NCBI GenBank assembly: GCA_902526565.1
Contig: CABZLP010000003.1
Coordinates: 8,394 to 72,393 of the forward strand
Length of the DNA: 64,000 bases
Reading direction: 5' to 3'
Source: an uncultured Pelagibacteraceae bacterium
GTDB lineage: Bacteria > Pseudomonadota > Alphaproteobacteria > Pelagibacterales > AG-422-B15
A program made the translations under genes and the position numbers. The notes beneath the pieces are model-generated. The model was not told the origin of the DNA. It did no database searches and saw only the letters and a program-made list of their open reading frames with translations. This document shows positions 37,459-48,424 of the stretch, one piece after another (the stretch's first letter is position 1; the number at the start of each line of letters is the position of its first letter).

Positions 37459-38061
37459 ATGAACACACAAATAATACTAGCGTCTAAAAGTCAAACACGC
37501 TCAAGATTGCTAACAAATGCAAAAATAAAATTCAAAACAGTTGATCACGGTATTGATGAAGATGAAGTTAAACTATCTATGTCTGAAAGCTCGCCTGAAG
37601 AGATTGTTACAAAACTAGCCGAGATGAAGGCTTTAAAGGCACCCATATCAAATGAAGGTTTAGTTATAGGATCCGATCAAGGATTGGACTTAAATGGGAA
37701 GCTGGTTAATAAAGCAAAAAACTTTGATGAAGCTTATGAACAACTAAAGAGCATGAGTGGAAAGGAACACACCCTTATAACAACCACGGTAGTAGCTAAA
37801 GAAAAAAATATAATTTGGAAATATGTTGATAGAGGAAAAATGAAAATGAGAACACTTGATGAAAAAGTCATCAGAGAATACTTAGAGAATGTAGATGAAA
37901 AGATACTTGGCTTAGTCGGGGTTTATGCAATTGAAGAGGAAGGAATAAAACTATTTGAGTACATCGGCAGTGATTTGTTCTCAATACAAGGAATATCAAT
38001 GATACCATTAACTCAATTTTTATGGGACAACGGTCTGTTGTTTGAAAATAATGGCCATTGA
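37459..38061 (+). CDS. maf: Maf-like nucleoside-triphosphate pyrophosphatase
   Basis: 200 aa. IILASKSQTRSRLL start and the GAYAIE-like GVYAIEEEG. Confidence 0.85.
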   Translation: MNTQIILASKSQTRSRLLTNAKIKFKTVDHGIDEDEVKLSMSESSPEEIVTKLAEMKALKAPISNEGLVIGSDQGLDLNGKLVNKAKNFDEAYEQLKSMSGKEHTLITTTVVAKEKNIIWKYVDRGKMKMRTLDEKVIREYLENVDEKILGLVGVYAIEEEGIKLFEYIGSDLFSIQGISMIPLTQFLWDNGLLFENNGH

Positions 38062-38878
38062 TAAAACGGCAGTTATAGGATTTCCGGTCGATCATAGTCT
38101 TTCACCAACAATTCACAACCACTGGATTAAAGAACTAGCGCTGGACATAAAGCCATATGAAAAACTGAATGTAGATCCAAATATATTTGAAGAGCAGATG
38201 AAAAGCCTAAAGGCCGAAGGCTTTGGAGGAATTAATGTTACAGTTCCACTTAAAGAGCTTGCGTTCAATATAAGTGATGAAACATCTAATGTTTCAAAAA
38301 AACTACGGTCAGCCAATACCCTTACCCTAAGCTCTGGCAAAATAAATGCTGACAATACTGACGTCGTTGGCTTCATTAATTCTTTGGACAAGAAAACAAT
38401 AGAAGAAAACATTACTAACAAAAAGACACTTGTTCTTGGTGCCGGGGGCTCCGCCAGGTCTGTCGTTCATGCATTAAATGAATTGGGAAGCCAGGTGAGA
38501 TTATTTAACAGAACACCAGAAAAAGCAGCAATTTTACTTAATGATTTATCAATAAGCTCAAGTCCTGTTAGCACAGAAGAGCTGGATGATTATGCTAACT
38601 CTTCATCGTTCATTGTTAACACAACCAGCCTTGGGCAAAAGGCTGGAGAGCATAATAATATTTTGAGTTTTGAAAATATAGAAACAGAAACATTTATTTA
38701 TGATTTAATTTATAACCCTAAGCGATCCAGCTTTTTAGAACAAGCTGAAGCAAAAGGTTTGAAAGTTCAAAATGGATTACGCATGTTAATCGAGCAAGCA
38801 GCTTGCTCTTTTCAAATATGGCATGAAATTAAAGTGGGTGTTAGTGAGGAATTAATGTCACTTTTGGAGAGAGCATAA
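38042..38878 (+). CDS. aroE: shikimate dehydrogenase
   Basis: 278 aa. GFPVDHSLSPTIHN, GINVTVPLK, NTD, LGAGGSARSV. Confidence 0.9.
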   Translation: MKIMAIDKTAVIGFPVDHSLSPTIHNHWIKELALDIKPYEKLNVDPNIFEEQMKSLKAEGFGGINVTVPLKELAFNISDETSNVSKKLRSANTLTLSSGKINADNTDVVGFINSLDKKTIEENITNKKTLVLGAGGSARSVVHALNELGSQVRLFNRTPEKAAILLNDLSISSSPVSTEELDDYANSSSFIVNTTSLGQKAGEHNNILSFENIETETFIYDLIYNPKRSSFLEQAEAKGLKVQNGLRMLIEQAACSFQIWHEIKVGVSEELMSLLERA

Positions 38879-39501
38879 TGTTATTGATAGGTGTAACAGG
38901 ATCTATCGGCATGGGAAAGTCTACAGTAGCTAAGATGTTTACCGAATATGGTTTTGGCCTCTACAATGCAGATGATACCGTTCACTATATTTATGAAAAC
39001 GATGAAGAAGTAATTAATAAAATTGAAGAATCTTTTCCTGGAACCAAATCAGAGGGAAAAGTAAATCGAATAGCGCTTAGAGATATACTCAATAGAGAAC
39101 CTGAGAAATTTAGAGATCTTGAAAAAATTGTCCATCCAGCGACTAGACGTTATCAAATTGTATATATTGAGAAATTAATAAGCGAAGATAGCCCAGGATG
39201 TATTCTGGATATTCCTTTATTATTCGAAACAGGTGGAGAAAAGTATATCGATGTTTCCGTTGTTGTGACAGCATCAGAAGACAAGCAAAAAGAAAGAGTG
39301 GTCGAAGAAAGAAAGGTGCCTTTAGAAATTTTTGATTCGATAAAGAATCAACAAATGCCAGACCGAGAAAAATTAAAGAAAGCAGACTATATAATCTCAA
39401 CAGATCAAACCTTAGATGAGACAAAACTCGAAGTAAAAGATGTTGTATCTAAAATAAAATTGATTAATCCTAAGGCATGGAAAGCCTTTTACAAGAAGTG
39501 A
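38878..39501 (+). CDS. coaE: dephospho-CoA kinase
   Basis: 207 aa. P-loop IGVTGSIGMGKST, and IPLLFETGGEKY. Confidence 0.9.
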   Translation: MLLIGVTGSIGMGKSTVAKMFTEYGFGLYNADDTVHYIYENDEEVINKIEESFPGTKSEGKVNRIALRDILNREPEKFRDLEKIVHPATRRYQIVYIEKLISEDSPGCILDIPLLFETGGEKYIDVSVVVTASEDKQKERVVEERKVPLEIFDSIKNQQMPDREKLKKADYIISTDQTLDETKLEVKDVVSKIKLINPKAWKAFYKK

Positions 39502-40196
39502 GAGAAATCGTTCTAGATACAGAAACTACAGGTTTGAGACCTTCTGAGGGTCATAGAGTGATCGAAATTGCTGCTATCGAATTGGTTGACTTTCTGCCGA
39601 CAGGCAAGGTTTATCAGCAATACATTAACCCAATGAGGGAAGTTCCAGAGGCTTCTTTTAAGGTTCACGGACTGAGTTATGACTTTTTAAAAGATAAGCC
39701 TTTGTTTGAAAAAATTGCTGACGATTTTCTCAACTTTGTTGGACAAGATACGATCATTGCTCACAATGTTGATTTTGATATCGGTTTTTTAAATCATGAA
39801 CTTAGCGCATGTGGGAAAGAGAGTATCAAAAATAAAAAAGTGGACACCGTTACTATTGCAAGAGAAAAGTTTCCTGGTCAAAGCGTGTCGCTAGACGCTT
39901 TATGTAAGAGATTTTCCATCGACACTAAAGAGAGAGAAATACACTCAGCTACAATTGATACTGAACTTCTTGCAAAAGTTTACATAGAACTTATGGATGC
40001 ACGTGAGCTGAGTCTTGAACTAAACGTTAACAATCAAAATGCTAGTTCTGAGTCAATTTTTGATATCCAAAAGATTCAAAATAGAGAACTCGCAACAAGG
40101 CTAACAGACAATGACAAAGAGATGCACAAAGCTTTTGTTGAGACGCTTGGGGAAAACGCTATCTGGAAGAAGAAAGAGCAATTTAATAATGAATGA
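39477..40196 (+). CDS. dnaQ: DNA polymerase III epsilon (proofreading exonuclease) subunit
   Basis: 239 aa. Exo I VLDTETTGL, Exo II IAHNVDFDIGFLN, Exo III HSATIDTELLAKVY. Confidence 0.9.
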   Translation: MESLLQEVREIVLDTETTGLRPSEGHRVIEIAAIELVDFLPTGKVYQQYINPMREVPEASFKVHGLSYDFLKDKPLFEKIADDFLNFVGQDTIIAHNVDFDIGFLNHELSACGKESIKNKKVDTVTIAREKFPGQSVSLDALCKRFSIDTKEREIHSATIDTELLAKVYIELMDARELSLELNVNNQNASSESIFDIQKIQNRELATRLTDNDKEMHKAFVETLGENAIWKKKEQFNNE

Positions 40197-41013
40197 ATAT
40201 CAAAACTATCAAATCAATCATACATTATCAAATGCGAATGACAGTAATCAACCATTAATACCAGCAGCAACTGTTTTATTGGTTAGAGATCATAATTCTA
40301 AAATAGAAGTTTTTATGATCAAGCGTGCTATGAAAACAAACTTTGGGGGAGCATGGGTATTTCCTGGAGGAAAAGTTGATAGCAACGATGATATTAAAAA
40401 TATAAATAAGTATAGCCCATCATTAAATGATGAAGAGGCCTCTAGAAGACTTGGTACAAAATCTGGTGGATTAATTTATTGGATTGCTTGCATTCGAGAA
40501 TGTTTCGAAGAGAGTGGTATACTTCTCGCTGACAACAAACAAAGAAAAATAAACCTAGGCAGTCTTGCTGACTCTGAATTAGAAATTATTAATCAATACA
40601 AAAAGAAATTGCTCGAAGGCAAAGATGTTTTCTTGGAATTAATCGACAAATTTGATCTAACATTATCAACCAGTGAAATAGCCTATATCTCCCATTGGAT
40701 TACACCAAAGATTGAAAAAAGAAGATACAGCACAAGATTTTTTATTGCTCGTTGTCCTAAACAATTAGCTACACATGATGGTTTAGAAGGGGTTGAAAGT
40801 CGTTGGCTGGAGCCCAAAGTTGCACTTGATTTATATAAGTCCGGAGAGTTTCCCATGATTATGCCAACAATAAAAAATCTTGAATTGATTAAAGACTTTC
40901 AAGATACTCAAACATTACTACTTTCAATGAACGATAAGTTAATCACTGACATCCCAAAAGTTGAACCTGTGTTTGATGTTGTGGACGGCAAACCAAAACT
41001 TATTAGTTATTAA
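40189..41013 (+). CDS. NUDIX hydrolase
   Basis: Nudix box WVFPGGKVDSNDD...ACIRECFEESGILL. I prefer the start at ATG 40189 (MNEYQNYQ), which overlaps the dnaQ stop by 8 nt. The ORF-track start at 40111 would add 26 basic residues encoded inside dnaQ. Confidence 0.75.
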   Translation: MNEYQNYQINHTLSNANDSNQPLIPAATVLLVRDHNSKIEVFMIKRAMKTNFGGAWVFPGGKVDSNDDIKNINKYSPSLNDEEASRRLGTKSGGLIYWIACIRECFEESGILLADNKQRKINLGSLADSELEIINQYKKKLLEGKDVFLELIDKFDLTLSTSEIAYISHWITPKIEKRRYSTRFFIARCPKQLATHDGLEGVESRWLEPKVALDLYKSGEFPMIMPTIKNLELIKDFQDTQTLLLSMNDKLITDIPKVEPVFDVVDGKPKLISY

Positions 41014-41432
41014 TTTGTCTTTTTTCTTTTTTCATAAAGATCAGCAAAATTAACAGGGTCAAGCATTAGAGGAGGCAAAGATCCATCTGCATGCATATCG
41101 TACACAATGCGTCTTGCAAAAGGAAATAATTGCCTTGGGCATTCAACCAATAAATAAGCTTCCTTTATATCTTCTGTAAGATTTTTAATTTCAAATAAAC
41201 CCACGTATTTTAAATCTATAATATAAACATTTTTATCTTCACGCTTAGCACTTATATTAATGTTTAACTCAACTTCATAAATATCAGTATCTTTTCTATT
41301 AGCAGCTTTCACATCTACATTTGCATTGATGGCAGGCCTTTCACTTCCTTTTTGAAATGCACCAGGTCCCATGGGATTTTCAAATGATAAGTCTTTTACA
41401 AATTGTGTTATTATTTTTGCAGATACATCCAT
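41010..41432 (-). CDS. secB: protein-export chaperone SecB
   Basis: 140 aa. IITQFVKDLSFENP start and LLVECPRQLFPFARRIV. Confidence 0.85.
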   Translation of the reverse strand: MDVSAKIITQFVKDLSFENPMGPGAFQKGSERPAINANVDVKAANRKDTDIYEVELNINISAKREDKNVYIIDLKYVGLFEIKNLTEDIKEAYLLVECPRQLFPFARRIVYDMHADGSLPPLMLDPVNFADLYEKRKKTN

Positions 41433-41875
41433 TATATTATTTTATCCTCATCGTCATTAATTTCTTCAAAGTCTCCTTCGATGGATCCATCATCTGAACT
41501 TTGATTTTTCATACCATATCTAGAAAGAACAGAGTTCGCTACTACCTTTATGAAAATTACTCTTGTTAGAGGGATGAGTCCAAGAAACCCTAATGCGTCT
41601 GTGAAAAAGCCTGGAGTGATTAGCAAAATTCCAGATATTAATATCACCAACCCTTCAAACATAGTTTGAATTGGGGCCTCTTGATTCTGGAGTTGATTAT
41701 ATAACTTAGAATAGGTACTGATTCCTTGTTGTCTTACAAAATAAACTCCGATCAATGCAGTTGTAAAAATTAGCAATATTGTGTTAAATGAACCAATAAA
41801 ACTGCCGATTTCAATAAAAATACTAATCTCTATGACTGGGATTATGATAAATATAATGAGTAATAATAGAAACAA
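41432..41875 (-). CDS. fxsA: FxsA-family membrane protein
   Basis: 147 aa. PVIEISIFIEIGSFIG...FTTALIGVYFVRQQG and LITPGFFTDALGF are typical of FxsA/UPF0716. Confidence 0.8.
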   Translation of the reverse strand: MFLLLLIIFIIIPVIEISIFIEIGSFIGSFNTILLIFTTALIGVYFVRQQGISTYSKLYNQLQNQEAPIQTMFEGLVILISGILLITPGFFTDALGFLGLIPLTRVIFIKVVANSVLSRYGMKNQSSDDGSIEGDFEEINDDEDKII

Positions 41876-41940
41876 AATAGTTATAAATGTTGAAACTTTA
41901 GTTTAAATACCTAAATAAGGATCTTATAATATTTGTACTA

Positions 41941-42555
41941 ATGAGTGAAGCATTTCAATATTTAGATATATTAATACTAGCAATCATAGCTGGCATAGTC
42001 TTATTGCGTTTAAGAAGCGTTTTGGGAAGACGAACAGGTCATGAAAAAACAGACAAGTCTTCATTCAACTACGAAACCCCGCAACAAACTCAACCCGAGA
42101 AGGTCATAGAAATCAAACCTGAAAATGACACACCAATCAGAGAAGACGGCTGGTTTGATAAGGATGACTTTCTTAAAGGTGCATCAAATGCTTATGAGAC
42201 AATTGTAACTAATTTTGAAAACGGTAATAAGGAAGCTTTAAAGCCTCTCTTATCAAGTGATGTAATGAAAAGCTTTTCATCTGTCATTGATGAACGTAAT
42301 AGCAAAAGTGAATTCGTAGAATTTAATTTTATCGGTATTGAAAAGTCTGAAATTGTTCATAAAGATTTAAAGAAAAATCCTATGGAGGTTAGCGTAAGAT
42401 TTATTTCTGAAATGATTACATGTATAAAGAACAGTAAAGATGAAGTTATTTCAGGAAGCCTGAATCAAGTCCAAAAAATAACTGATGTCTGGACTTTTGA
42501 AAAAAATCAAAAATCAAAAGGTTCTAACTGGCTTTTAGCAGCCACGACTGACTAA
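41941..42555 (+). CDS. Tim44-like domain protein
   Basis: 204 aa. N-terminal membrane anchor, then a C-terminal Tim44-like domain (FLKGASNAYETIV...VWTFEKN...NWLLAAT). It sits in the usual alphaproteobacterial position next to secB. Confidence 0.75.
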   Translation: MSEAFQYLDILILAIIAGIVLLRLRSVLGRRTGHEKTDKSSFNYETPQQTQPEKVIEIKPENDTPIREDGWFDKDDFLKGASNAYETIVTNFENGNKEALKPLLSSDVMKSFSSVIDERNSKSEFVEFNFIGIEKSEIVHKDLKKNPMEVSVRFISEMITCIKNSKDEVISGSLNQVQKITDVWTFEKNQKSKGSNWLLAATTD

Positions 42556-42980
42556 TTTAATAAATATTTACTAAACTTATTTTTTAAATCCTCTGGAATT
42601 GATGCTGGCTTCATTTCATCTTGATTAGTATTAACCCAGATAATTTCAGCTTCATTTATCAATTCATCAGACCCATCTCTATATATTTCTTGCGCAAACG
42701 TAATACTTGAATTTCCAATTTTTTTAATTGCAGTATAAATGCTTATTTTATCATTTAGTCTTGCTGGATTTTTAAAATTTAATTGAGCAGCAACTGTATG
42801 AAATTCATTATTGGTTTCTTTAATATATTCTTCTTGGTGAAATAAACTATCAAGCATCTCACTTAAGGAGATGTCATAATAAGTTAAGTAGTGAGAGTTA
42901 TAAACAATATTTTGTCTATCAACTTCGGAATAGCGTATTTTCAATTTACTAATATATGTTTTTTTTCCTTTTAAAGACAT
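42552..42980 (-). CDS. acyl-CoA thioesterase, 4HBT/YbgC-type hotdog fold
   Basis: 142 aa. IRYSEVDRQNIVYNSHYLTYYD matches the YbgC-type catalytic-Asp region. Confidence 0.7.
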   Translation of the reverse strand: MSLKGKKTYISKLKIRYSEVDRQNIVYNSHYLTYYDISLSEMLDSLFHQEEYIKETNNEFHTVAAQLNFKNPARLNDKISIYTAIKKIGNSSITFAQEIYRDGSDELINEAEIIWVNTNQDEMKPASIPEDLKNKFSKYLLN

Positions 42981-42983
42981 CGC

Positions 42984-44288
42984 CTAAAGAATGAATTTAG
43001 ATAAATCTGTATCTTTAGATAGTTCGCTAACATTACTTTTCACATACTCTGCATCTATTGTTATATTTTCTCCACCTTTATCAGCCGCAGAAAAGCTAAT
43101 ATCCTCTAAAACTCGCTCAAGAATTGTATGTAGTCTTCGTGCTCCAATATTTTCAATTGTTGAATTTATATCAACAGCAAGAGTTGCAATGGCGTCAATT
43201 CCATCCTTACTGAAGTTGATTTTAACATTCTCAGTTCCCATCAAAGCTTCGTACTGTTTAATCAAACTATACTTCGGTTCAGTGAGTATGCGTTTAAAGT
43301 CCTCTTGCGTTAATGCTTTTAAGTTTACTCTTATGGGTAATCTTCCTTGCAGTTCAGGCAATAAATCTGATGGTTTTGATAGTTGAAAAGCCCCTGAAGC
43401 GATAAACAGTATATGATCTGTTTTTATAGTTCCGTGTTTTGTATTCACGGTTGTGCCTTCAATTAGTGGAAGAAGATCTCTCTGAACACCTTCTCGAGAT
43501 ACATCACCTCCCACTCTCTCACTGCGCGCGCAGACTTTATCTATTTCATCAATAAAAACGATACCATTATCTTCTACTGCTTTTTTTGCCTCATTCACGA
43601 TTTGATCTGTATCAATAAGTTTATCCGATTCTTCATTTACAAGTGTCTCGTATGAATCTCCTACAGTCATTTTCTTCTTTTTTGTTTTTGGACCCATCGC
43701 CTTGCCTAGCATGTCGTTGAGGTTAATCATGCCAACACCGGCTCCCTGTCCTCCTTGCAAATCAATTGTTGGAAAGGATCCAGTATCCTGAACTGACACT
43801 TCTATTTCTTTTTCTTCAAGTTCACCGTTCCTTAATTTTTTTCTAAAACTTTCACGTGTAGTAGGTCCAGCACCAGGACCAACTAATGAGTCCAACACTC
43901 GTTCCTCAGCTGCTAGTTGTGCTTTAGCCTTAACTTCTTTTCTTTTAATTTCGCGTACCATAGTGATTGCAATTTCAATCAAATCGCGCACAATAGACTC
44001 TACATCTCTTCCAACGTAACCAACTTCTGTAAACTTTGTTGCTTCAACTTTCATAAAAGGTGCTTGAGCCAGTTTTGAAAGTCTCCTAGAGATTTCAGTT
44101 TTACCAATGCCAGTTGGACCAATCATTAAAATATTTTTTGGAAGAACTTCCTCTCTCATGTCTTCAGGAAGTTGTTGTCTTCTCCATCGGTTTCTTAGTG
44201 CAATAGCAACTGACTTCTTGGCATCATCTTGACCAATAATATACCTATCCAATTCAGAAACTATTTCTCGAGGTGAAAACGCTTGCAT
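42984..44288 (-). CDS. hslU: ATP-dependent protease ATPase subunit HslU
   Basis: 434 aa. [15 protein letters not shown], Walker [21 protein letters not shown]. Confidence 0.97.
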   Translation of the reverse strand: MQAFSPREIVSELDRYIIGQDDAKKSVAIALRNRWRRQQLPEDMREEVLPKNILMIGPTGIGKTEISRRLSKLAQAPFMKVEATKFTEVGYVGRDVESIVRDLIEIAITMVREIKRKEVKAKAQLAAEERVLDSLVGPGAGPTTRESFRKKLRNGELEEKEIEVSVQDTGSFPTIDLQGGQGAGVGMINLNDMLGKAMGPKTKKKKMTVGDSYETLVNEESDKLIDTDQIVNEAKKAVEDNGIVFIDEIDKVCARSERVGGDVSREGVQRDLLPLIEGTTVNTKHGTIKTDHILFIASGAFQLSKPSDLLPELQGRLPIRVNLKALTQEDFKRILTEPKYSLIKQYEALMGTENVKINFSKDGIDAIATLAVDINSTIENIGARRLHTILERVLEDISFSAADKGGENITIDAEYVKSNVSELSKDTDLSKFIL

Positions 44289-44290
44289 GA

Positions 44291-44854
44291 TTAATATTCT
44301 ATTTTTTCTAGAGTAATATTGTTATTAGTGAAAACACAAATTTCTCCTGCAATCTTAAGTGACTTCAGAGCAATCTCTTCAGCAGTTAAATCACTATCGA
44401 TAAGCGCTTTTGCTGCAGACAATGCATAGTTGCCACCACTGCCAATACCAATGACAGACTCTTCAGGGTCCAATACGTCACCCATACCAGTAATGAGCAA
44501 TGAAGTTGATGAGTCAGCAACGGTCAGAAGTGCTTCCAACCTTCTAAGATACTTGTCAGTTCTCCAATCTTTTGCAAGTTCAACACAAGCTCTTGTTAAT
44601 TGCCTTGGATGCTTTTCTAGTTTTGCTTCTAGTCTTTCAAACAGAGTAAATGCATCGGCAGTTGCTCCTGCAAATCCGGCAATAACACTTCCGTCCCCAA
44701 TCTTTCTTACCTTTTGTGCTGTGCCTTTAATAACAGTGTTACCTAAACTGACCTGTCCATCTCCAGCAACAACTACCTGATTGCCTTTACGAACACTAAG
44801 GATAGTAGTCCCATGCCAAGATATATTTTGTTGATTTTCCACTATATAAGACAT
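44291..44854 (-). CDS. hslV: ATP-dependent protease subunit HslV
   Basis: 187 aa. [32 protein letters not shown]. Confidence 0.95.
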   Translation of the reverse strand: MSYIVENQQNISWHGTTILSVRKGNQVVVAGDGQVSLGNTVIKGTAQKVRKIGDGSVIAGFAGATADAFTLFERLEAKLEKHPRQLTRACVELAKDWRTDKYLRRLEALLTVADSSTSLLITGMGDVLDPEESVIGIGSGGNYALSAAKALIDSDLTAEEIALKSLKIAGEICVFTNNNITLEKIEY

Positions 44855-44955
44855 GTGGCTATTTATTTAATAACTTCAAGGCTATTTATCGACCAAATAT
44901 CATATTTTTTATAGATAAATCAGTAATTTATTGATAAAAACCGATTGGATTTGAT

Positions 44956-45555
44956 ATGAGAACTGCAAATTATAAAAGAGAGACAAAAGAAACTTCCATT
45001 AACGTTGAGATCAACATTGACGGTACAGGTTTGTATGACGTGAAAACTGGAATAGGTTTCCTTGATCACATGTTGGAACAACTTTCAAAGCACTCATTAA
45101 TCGACATGAAGATTAAAGCTACAGGTGACACACATATTGATTACCACCACACAACAGAAGACACTGGCATTGCAATAGGTGAATGCTTATCAAAAGCCTT
45201 AGGCAATAGACAAGGTATTAATCGTTACGCTCATTCTTACATACCAATGGATGAAACACTCTCAAGAGTTGCTCTTGATCTTTCCAATCGTCCTTACTTA
45301 ATATGGAATGTAAAATTTAGTGTTCCTAAAATTACTTCGTCACAAGGTGACTTTGATACAGAGCTTTTTAAAGAATGGTTTCAGGCATTTGCGCAAGCAA
45401 GTGGAACAACTCTACATGTTGAAAATATTTATGGAGAAAACAATCACCACATTATTGAATCATGCTTTAAAGCCCTTGCACGAAGTTTAAGACTAGCAGT
45501 CCAAGTAAATGAACGTGAAGGTAACATAGTACCATCTACAAAAGGCCAACTATAA
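44956..45555 (+). CDS. hisB: imidazoleglycerol-phosphate dehydratase
   Basis: 199 aa. [35 protein letters not shown]. Confidence 0.95.
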   Translation: MRTANYKRETKETSINVEINIDGTGLYDVKTGIGFLDHMLEQLSKHSLIDMKIKATGDTHIDYHHTTEDTGIAIGECLSKALGNRQGINRYAHSYIPMDETLSRVALDLSNRPYLIWNVKFSVPKITSSQGDFDTELFKEWFQAFAQASGTTLHVENIYGENNHHIIESCFKALARSLRLAVQVNEREGNIVPSTKGQL

Positions 45556-45557
45556 TC

Positions 45558-46019
45558 ATGCTAAAAGAAGGTCAAAAACTTCCATCCTTTAGGCTTAATA
45601 ACCAAGAAGGTGTCTCAGTTAAATTTCCAACTAAAGAAATGACTATTATTTATTTTTATCCAAAAGCGGATACTCCAGGGTGCACAAAGGAGTCTTGTGA
45701 ATTCCAAAGTAATTTAAAAAAATTCAATAAGCTCGAGACCTCAGTCTTTGGAATTTCAAAAGACTCAGTTAACCGTCAAAGCAAATTCGCTGAAAAATAT
45801 AAATTAAAATTTAATCTTCTTTCTGATGAGAGTGAAAAAATTTGTGAAAAATTTGGAGTTTGGGTTAATAAAAGTATGTACGGAAAAATTTACAAAGGAA
45901 TTGAAAGATCAACTTTTCTTGTGAACAGAAATGGCAAGATCTTAAAAATATGGAGAAAAGTAAAAGTTAATAATCATGTTGAGGAAGTCTTAGATACTAT
46001 TAAAGAATTTAGTAAATGA
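45558..46019 (+). CDS. bcp: thioredoxin-dependent peroxiredoxin Bcp
   Basis: 153 aa. YFYPKADTPGCTKESC with the peroxidatic Cys context. Confidence 0.85.
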   Translation: MLKEGQKLPSFRLNNQEGVSVKFPTKEMTIIYFYPKADTPGCTKESCEFQSNLKKFNKLETSVFGISKDSVNRQSKFAEKYKLKFNLLSDESEKICEKFGVWVNKSMYGKIYKGIERSTFLVNRNGKILKIWRKVKVNNHVEEVLDTIKEFSK

Positions 46020-46651
46020 ATTTAGCTATAATAAACTTCGGTTCAGGAAATTTACATTCTGTTCATAAGGCTTTTGAAAACGTAAACTCAGAATTAAGCA
46101 ATCCTTACAATATTGTTGTGACCAATGATCCTAAAGAGATCCAGTCAGCTGATAAGATTGTCTTACCTGGAGTAGGTGCCTTCGGCGATTGTAAAAATGC
46201 AATTTTAAACATTGAAGGTTTGCATGCATCACTTGAAGTTTCAGTTTTAAAAAACAAGGTCCCTTTTATAGGAATATGTGTGGGCATGCAGTTATTGGCT
46301 GATCTTTCATATGAGTTTGGTACACACTCGGGTTTTGGCTGGATACCAGGTGAAGTAAGGAGGATTGCATCTCCTCAAGAATACAAAATTCCTCACATGG
46401 GATGGAATGAGATAAGTTTCTCGGACCATAAGTTATTTGATGGTTGCGAGCAAGGGTCAGATTTTTATTTTGTTCACAGTTTTTATTTTCAGAATCAAAA
46501 AAGTGAACATTCTATCGCTACAACGAAATACCCTGATCAAATTACAGCGGCAGTTTGCAAAGAAAATATATGTGGTACGCAATTCCACCCAGAAAAAAGC
46601 CATATAAATGGGAAAAGAATAATTCACAACTTTTTAGAGTGGAAACCATAA
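46016..46651 (+). CDS. hisH: imidazole glycerol phosphate synthase, glutaminase subunit HisH
   Basis: 211 aa. LPGVGAFG, GICVGMQLL, QFHPEKS. Confidence 0.93.
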   Translation: MNLAIINFGSGNLHSVHKAFENVNSELSNPYNIVVTNDPKEIQSADKIVLPGVGAFGDCKNAILNIEGLHASLEVSVLKNKVPFIGICVGMQLLADLSYEFGTHSGFGWIPGEVRRIASPQEYKIPHMGWNEISFSDHKLFDGCEQGSDFYFVHSFYFQNQKSEHSIATTKYPDQITAAVCKENICGTQFHPEKSHINGKRIIHNFLEWKP

Positions 46652-47376
46652 TGATCTTATTTCCTGCTATCGATATGAAAGATGGTAAATGTGTACGCCT
46701 TATTCAGGGCGATTTTAATAAATCCACTACTTATAATAATTCACCCTTAGATCAGGCTAAGTTATTTGAAGATCTAGGAATAACCTGGCTTCATTGTGTA
46801 GATTTGGATGGAGCTCTAGCAGGTCAATCAGAAAATGTAAAGTCAATTGAAGAGATCGCATTAAAAACAAAATTGAAATTGCAATTTGGTGGAGGTATTC
46901 GAAATATAAATTCAGTTGAAACTTTAGTCAATATTGGAATACAAAATGTAATACTTGGAACAGCAGCGTTTGAAGATTATGAATTATTTCAAACTGCTGT
47001 TTATAAATATCCAAACAAAATATCTATTGCTTTAGATATTAAAAATGAGCAAATTGCGCTTCGTGGTTGGAGCGAAGTTAAGTCAATCAATCTTGAAAAA
47101 TTTTTATTATCGATTGAAGGTTTGCAAATAAATTCAATTATATGTACAGACGTGATGAGAGATGGAATGAAAAAAGGAATTAATTTTGATATGCTGGAGA
47201 ATGTTATGAAAATGACGAGTTTTTTATGTGTTGCCTCAGGTGGCGTATCCTCAATCAATGACATAAAAAATATCAAAGGTAAAAACTACTCTCAAATGAA
47301 AGGTGTTATTGTTGGTAAAGCAATTTATGATAAAAACATTGATATTAAAGACGCATTAAAAATATTAAGTAAATAA
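46651..47376 (+). CDS. hisA: ProFAR isomerase HisA
   Basis: Begins [17 protein letters not shown] at ATG 46651, sharing one nt with the hisH stop. The ORF-track start at 46555 lies inside hisH and adds non-homologous residues. Confidence 0.9.
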   Translation: MILFPAIDMKDGKCVRLIQGDFNKSTTYNNSPLDQAKLFEDLGITWLHCVDLDGALAGQSENVKSIEEIALKTKLKLQFGGGIRNINSVETLVNIGIQNVILGTAAFEDYELFQTAVYKYPNKISIALDIKNEQIALRGWSEVKSINLEKFLLSIEGLQINSIICTDVMRDGMKKGINFDMLENVMKMTSFLCVASGGVSSINDIKNIKGKNYSQMKGVIVGKAIYDKNIDIKDALKILSK

Positions 47377-48134
47377 TGTTAAAAAAAAGAATTATACCCT
47401 GTTTAGATGTCGATAATGGCAGAGTTGTTAAAGGGGTTAATTTCATCGATTTAGTTGATGCAGGAGACCCAGTTGAACAAGCTATAATCTATAATGCTGA
47501 AGGAGCAGATGAGCTTTGTTTTTTAGATATTACTGCTTCAAGTGATAATAGAGACACCTTGCTAGAGGTGGTAAAAAAAACAGCTGAGAATTGTTTCATA
47601 CCACTTACTGTAGGTGGAGGTGTCAGAAATTTGGATGACATCTCACGTTTACTTCATTTTGGAGCAGATAAAGTGTCAATAAATACTGCAGCAGTGGATA
47701 ATACTGATTTGGTAGCTGAGGCTGCAAACAAGTATGGTTCATCAACAATCGTAATAGCTGTAGACGCTAAGCAAACCGATGAAAATCAATGGAAAGTATT
47801 CACTCATGGTGGGAGGAAAGAGACCGACATTGATGTTGTTACCTACTGTAATGAAGTAGCAAAATTAGGCGCTGGAGAAATATTGCTTACATCAATGGAT
47901 AGAGATGGAACAAAAAGTGGGTTTGACAACAAACTATTAAAAGCTGTTACTTCAAAAGTTAATATACCAGTCGTCGCGTCAGGTGGAGTTGGTAACTTGA
48001 ACCATCTTCTTGATGGTATTCTTGAGGGGGAGGCAAGTGCATTACTTGCTGCTTCTATTTTTCACTTTGGTGAATACAGCATAGGTGAAGTTAAAAGATA
48101 TCTTGCTGATAATAATATTCCAGTTAGGATCTAA
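47376..48134 (+). CDS. hisF: imidazole glycerol phosphate synthase, cyclase subunit HisF
   Basis: 252 aa. [31 protein letters not shown]. Confidence 0.95.
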   Translation: MLKKRIIPCLDVDNGRVVKGVNFIDLVDAGDPVEQAIIYNAEGADELCFLDITASSDNRDTLLEVVKKTAENCFIPLTVGGGVRNLDDISRLLHFGADKVSINTAAVDNTDLVAEAANKYGSSTIVIAVDAKQTDENQWKVFTHGGRKETDIDVVTYCNEVAKLGAGEILLTSMDRDGTKSGFDNKLLKAVTSKVNIPVVASGGVGNLNHLLDGILEGEASALLAASIFHFGEYSIGEVKRYLADNNIPVRI

Positions 48135-48136
48135 TC

Positions 48137-48424
48137 ATGAAAGGTTATTGGATCGCAAAGGTAAATGTACTTCATCCCGATAAACAAAATATGTATGCTG
48201 AACTAGCTTCTAAGGCAGTGAAAAAATATGATGGGAAGTTCTTAGTGCGTGGAGGAAGTCAAGTTATTACTGAAGGAAAAGAGTACGAACGAAATGTCGT
48301 AGTAGAATACTCCTCATTTGATAATGCAAAAAAAGCCTATAACAGCAAAGAATATCAAGAGGCAAAAAAATTACTTGGTGAGGATAAGGATCGACTTTTT
48401 GCTATTGTTGAAGGTTACGAATAA
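48137..48424 (+). CDS. DUF1330-family protein
   Basis: 95 aa. The pattern KYDGKFLVRGG...VVVEYSSFDNAKKAYNSKEYQEA matches my recollection of DUF1330. Confidence 0.6.
   Translation: MKGYWIAKVNVLHPDKQNMYAELASKAVKKYDGKFLVRGGSQVITEGKEYERNVVVEYSSFDNAKKAYNSKEYQEAKKLLGEDKDRLFAIVEGYE

Noticed and set aside
44852-44885. Sigma-32-like CTTGAAG-N14-GCCACAT on the minus strand upstream of hslV.
   Set aside because: The -10-like element overlaps the hslV ATG itself, so the transcript would start inside the coding sequence. No alternative downstream start codon exists before the catalytic Thr region.
46555-46650. Long N-terminal extensions suggested by the ORF track for hisA (46555), the NADP oxidoreductase (49523) and the Nudix gene (40111).
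   Set aside because: The extensions are encoded inside the preceding gene and add non-homologous, odd-composition residues. Internal ATGs (46651, 49580, 40189) give canonical N-termini and the typical 1-8 nt stop/start overlaps seen throughout this window.
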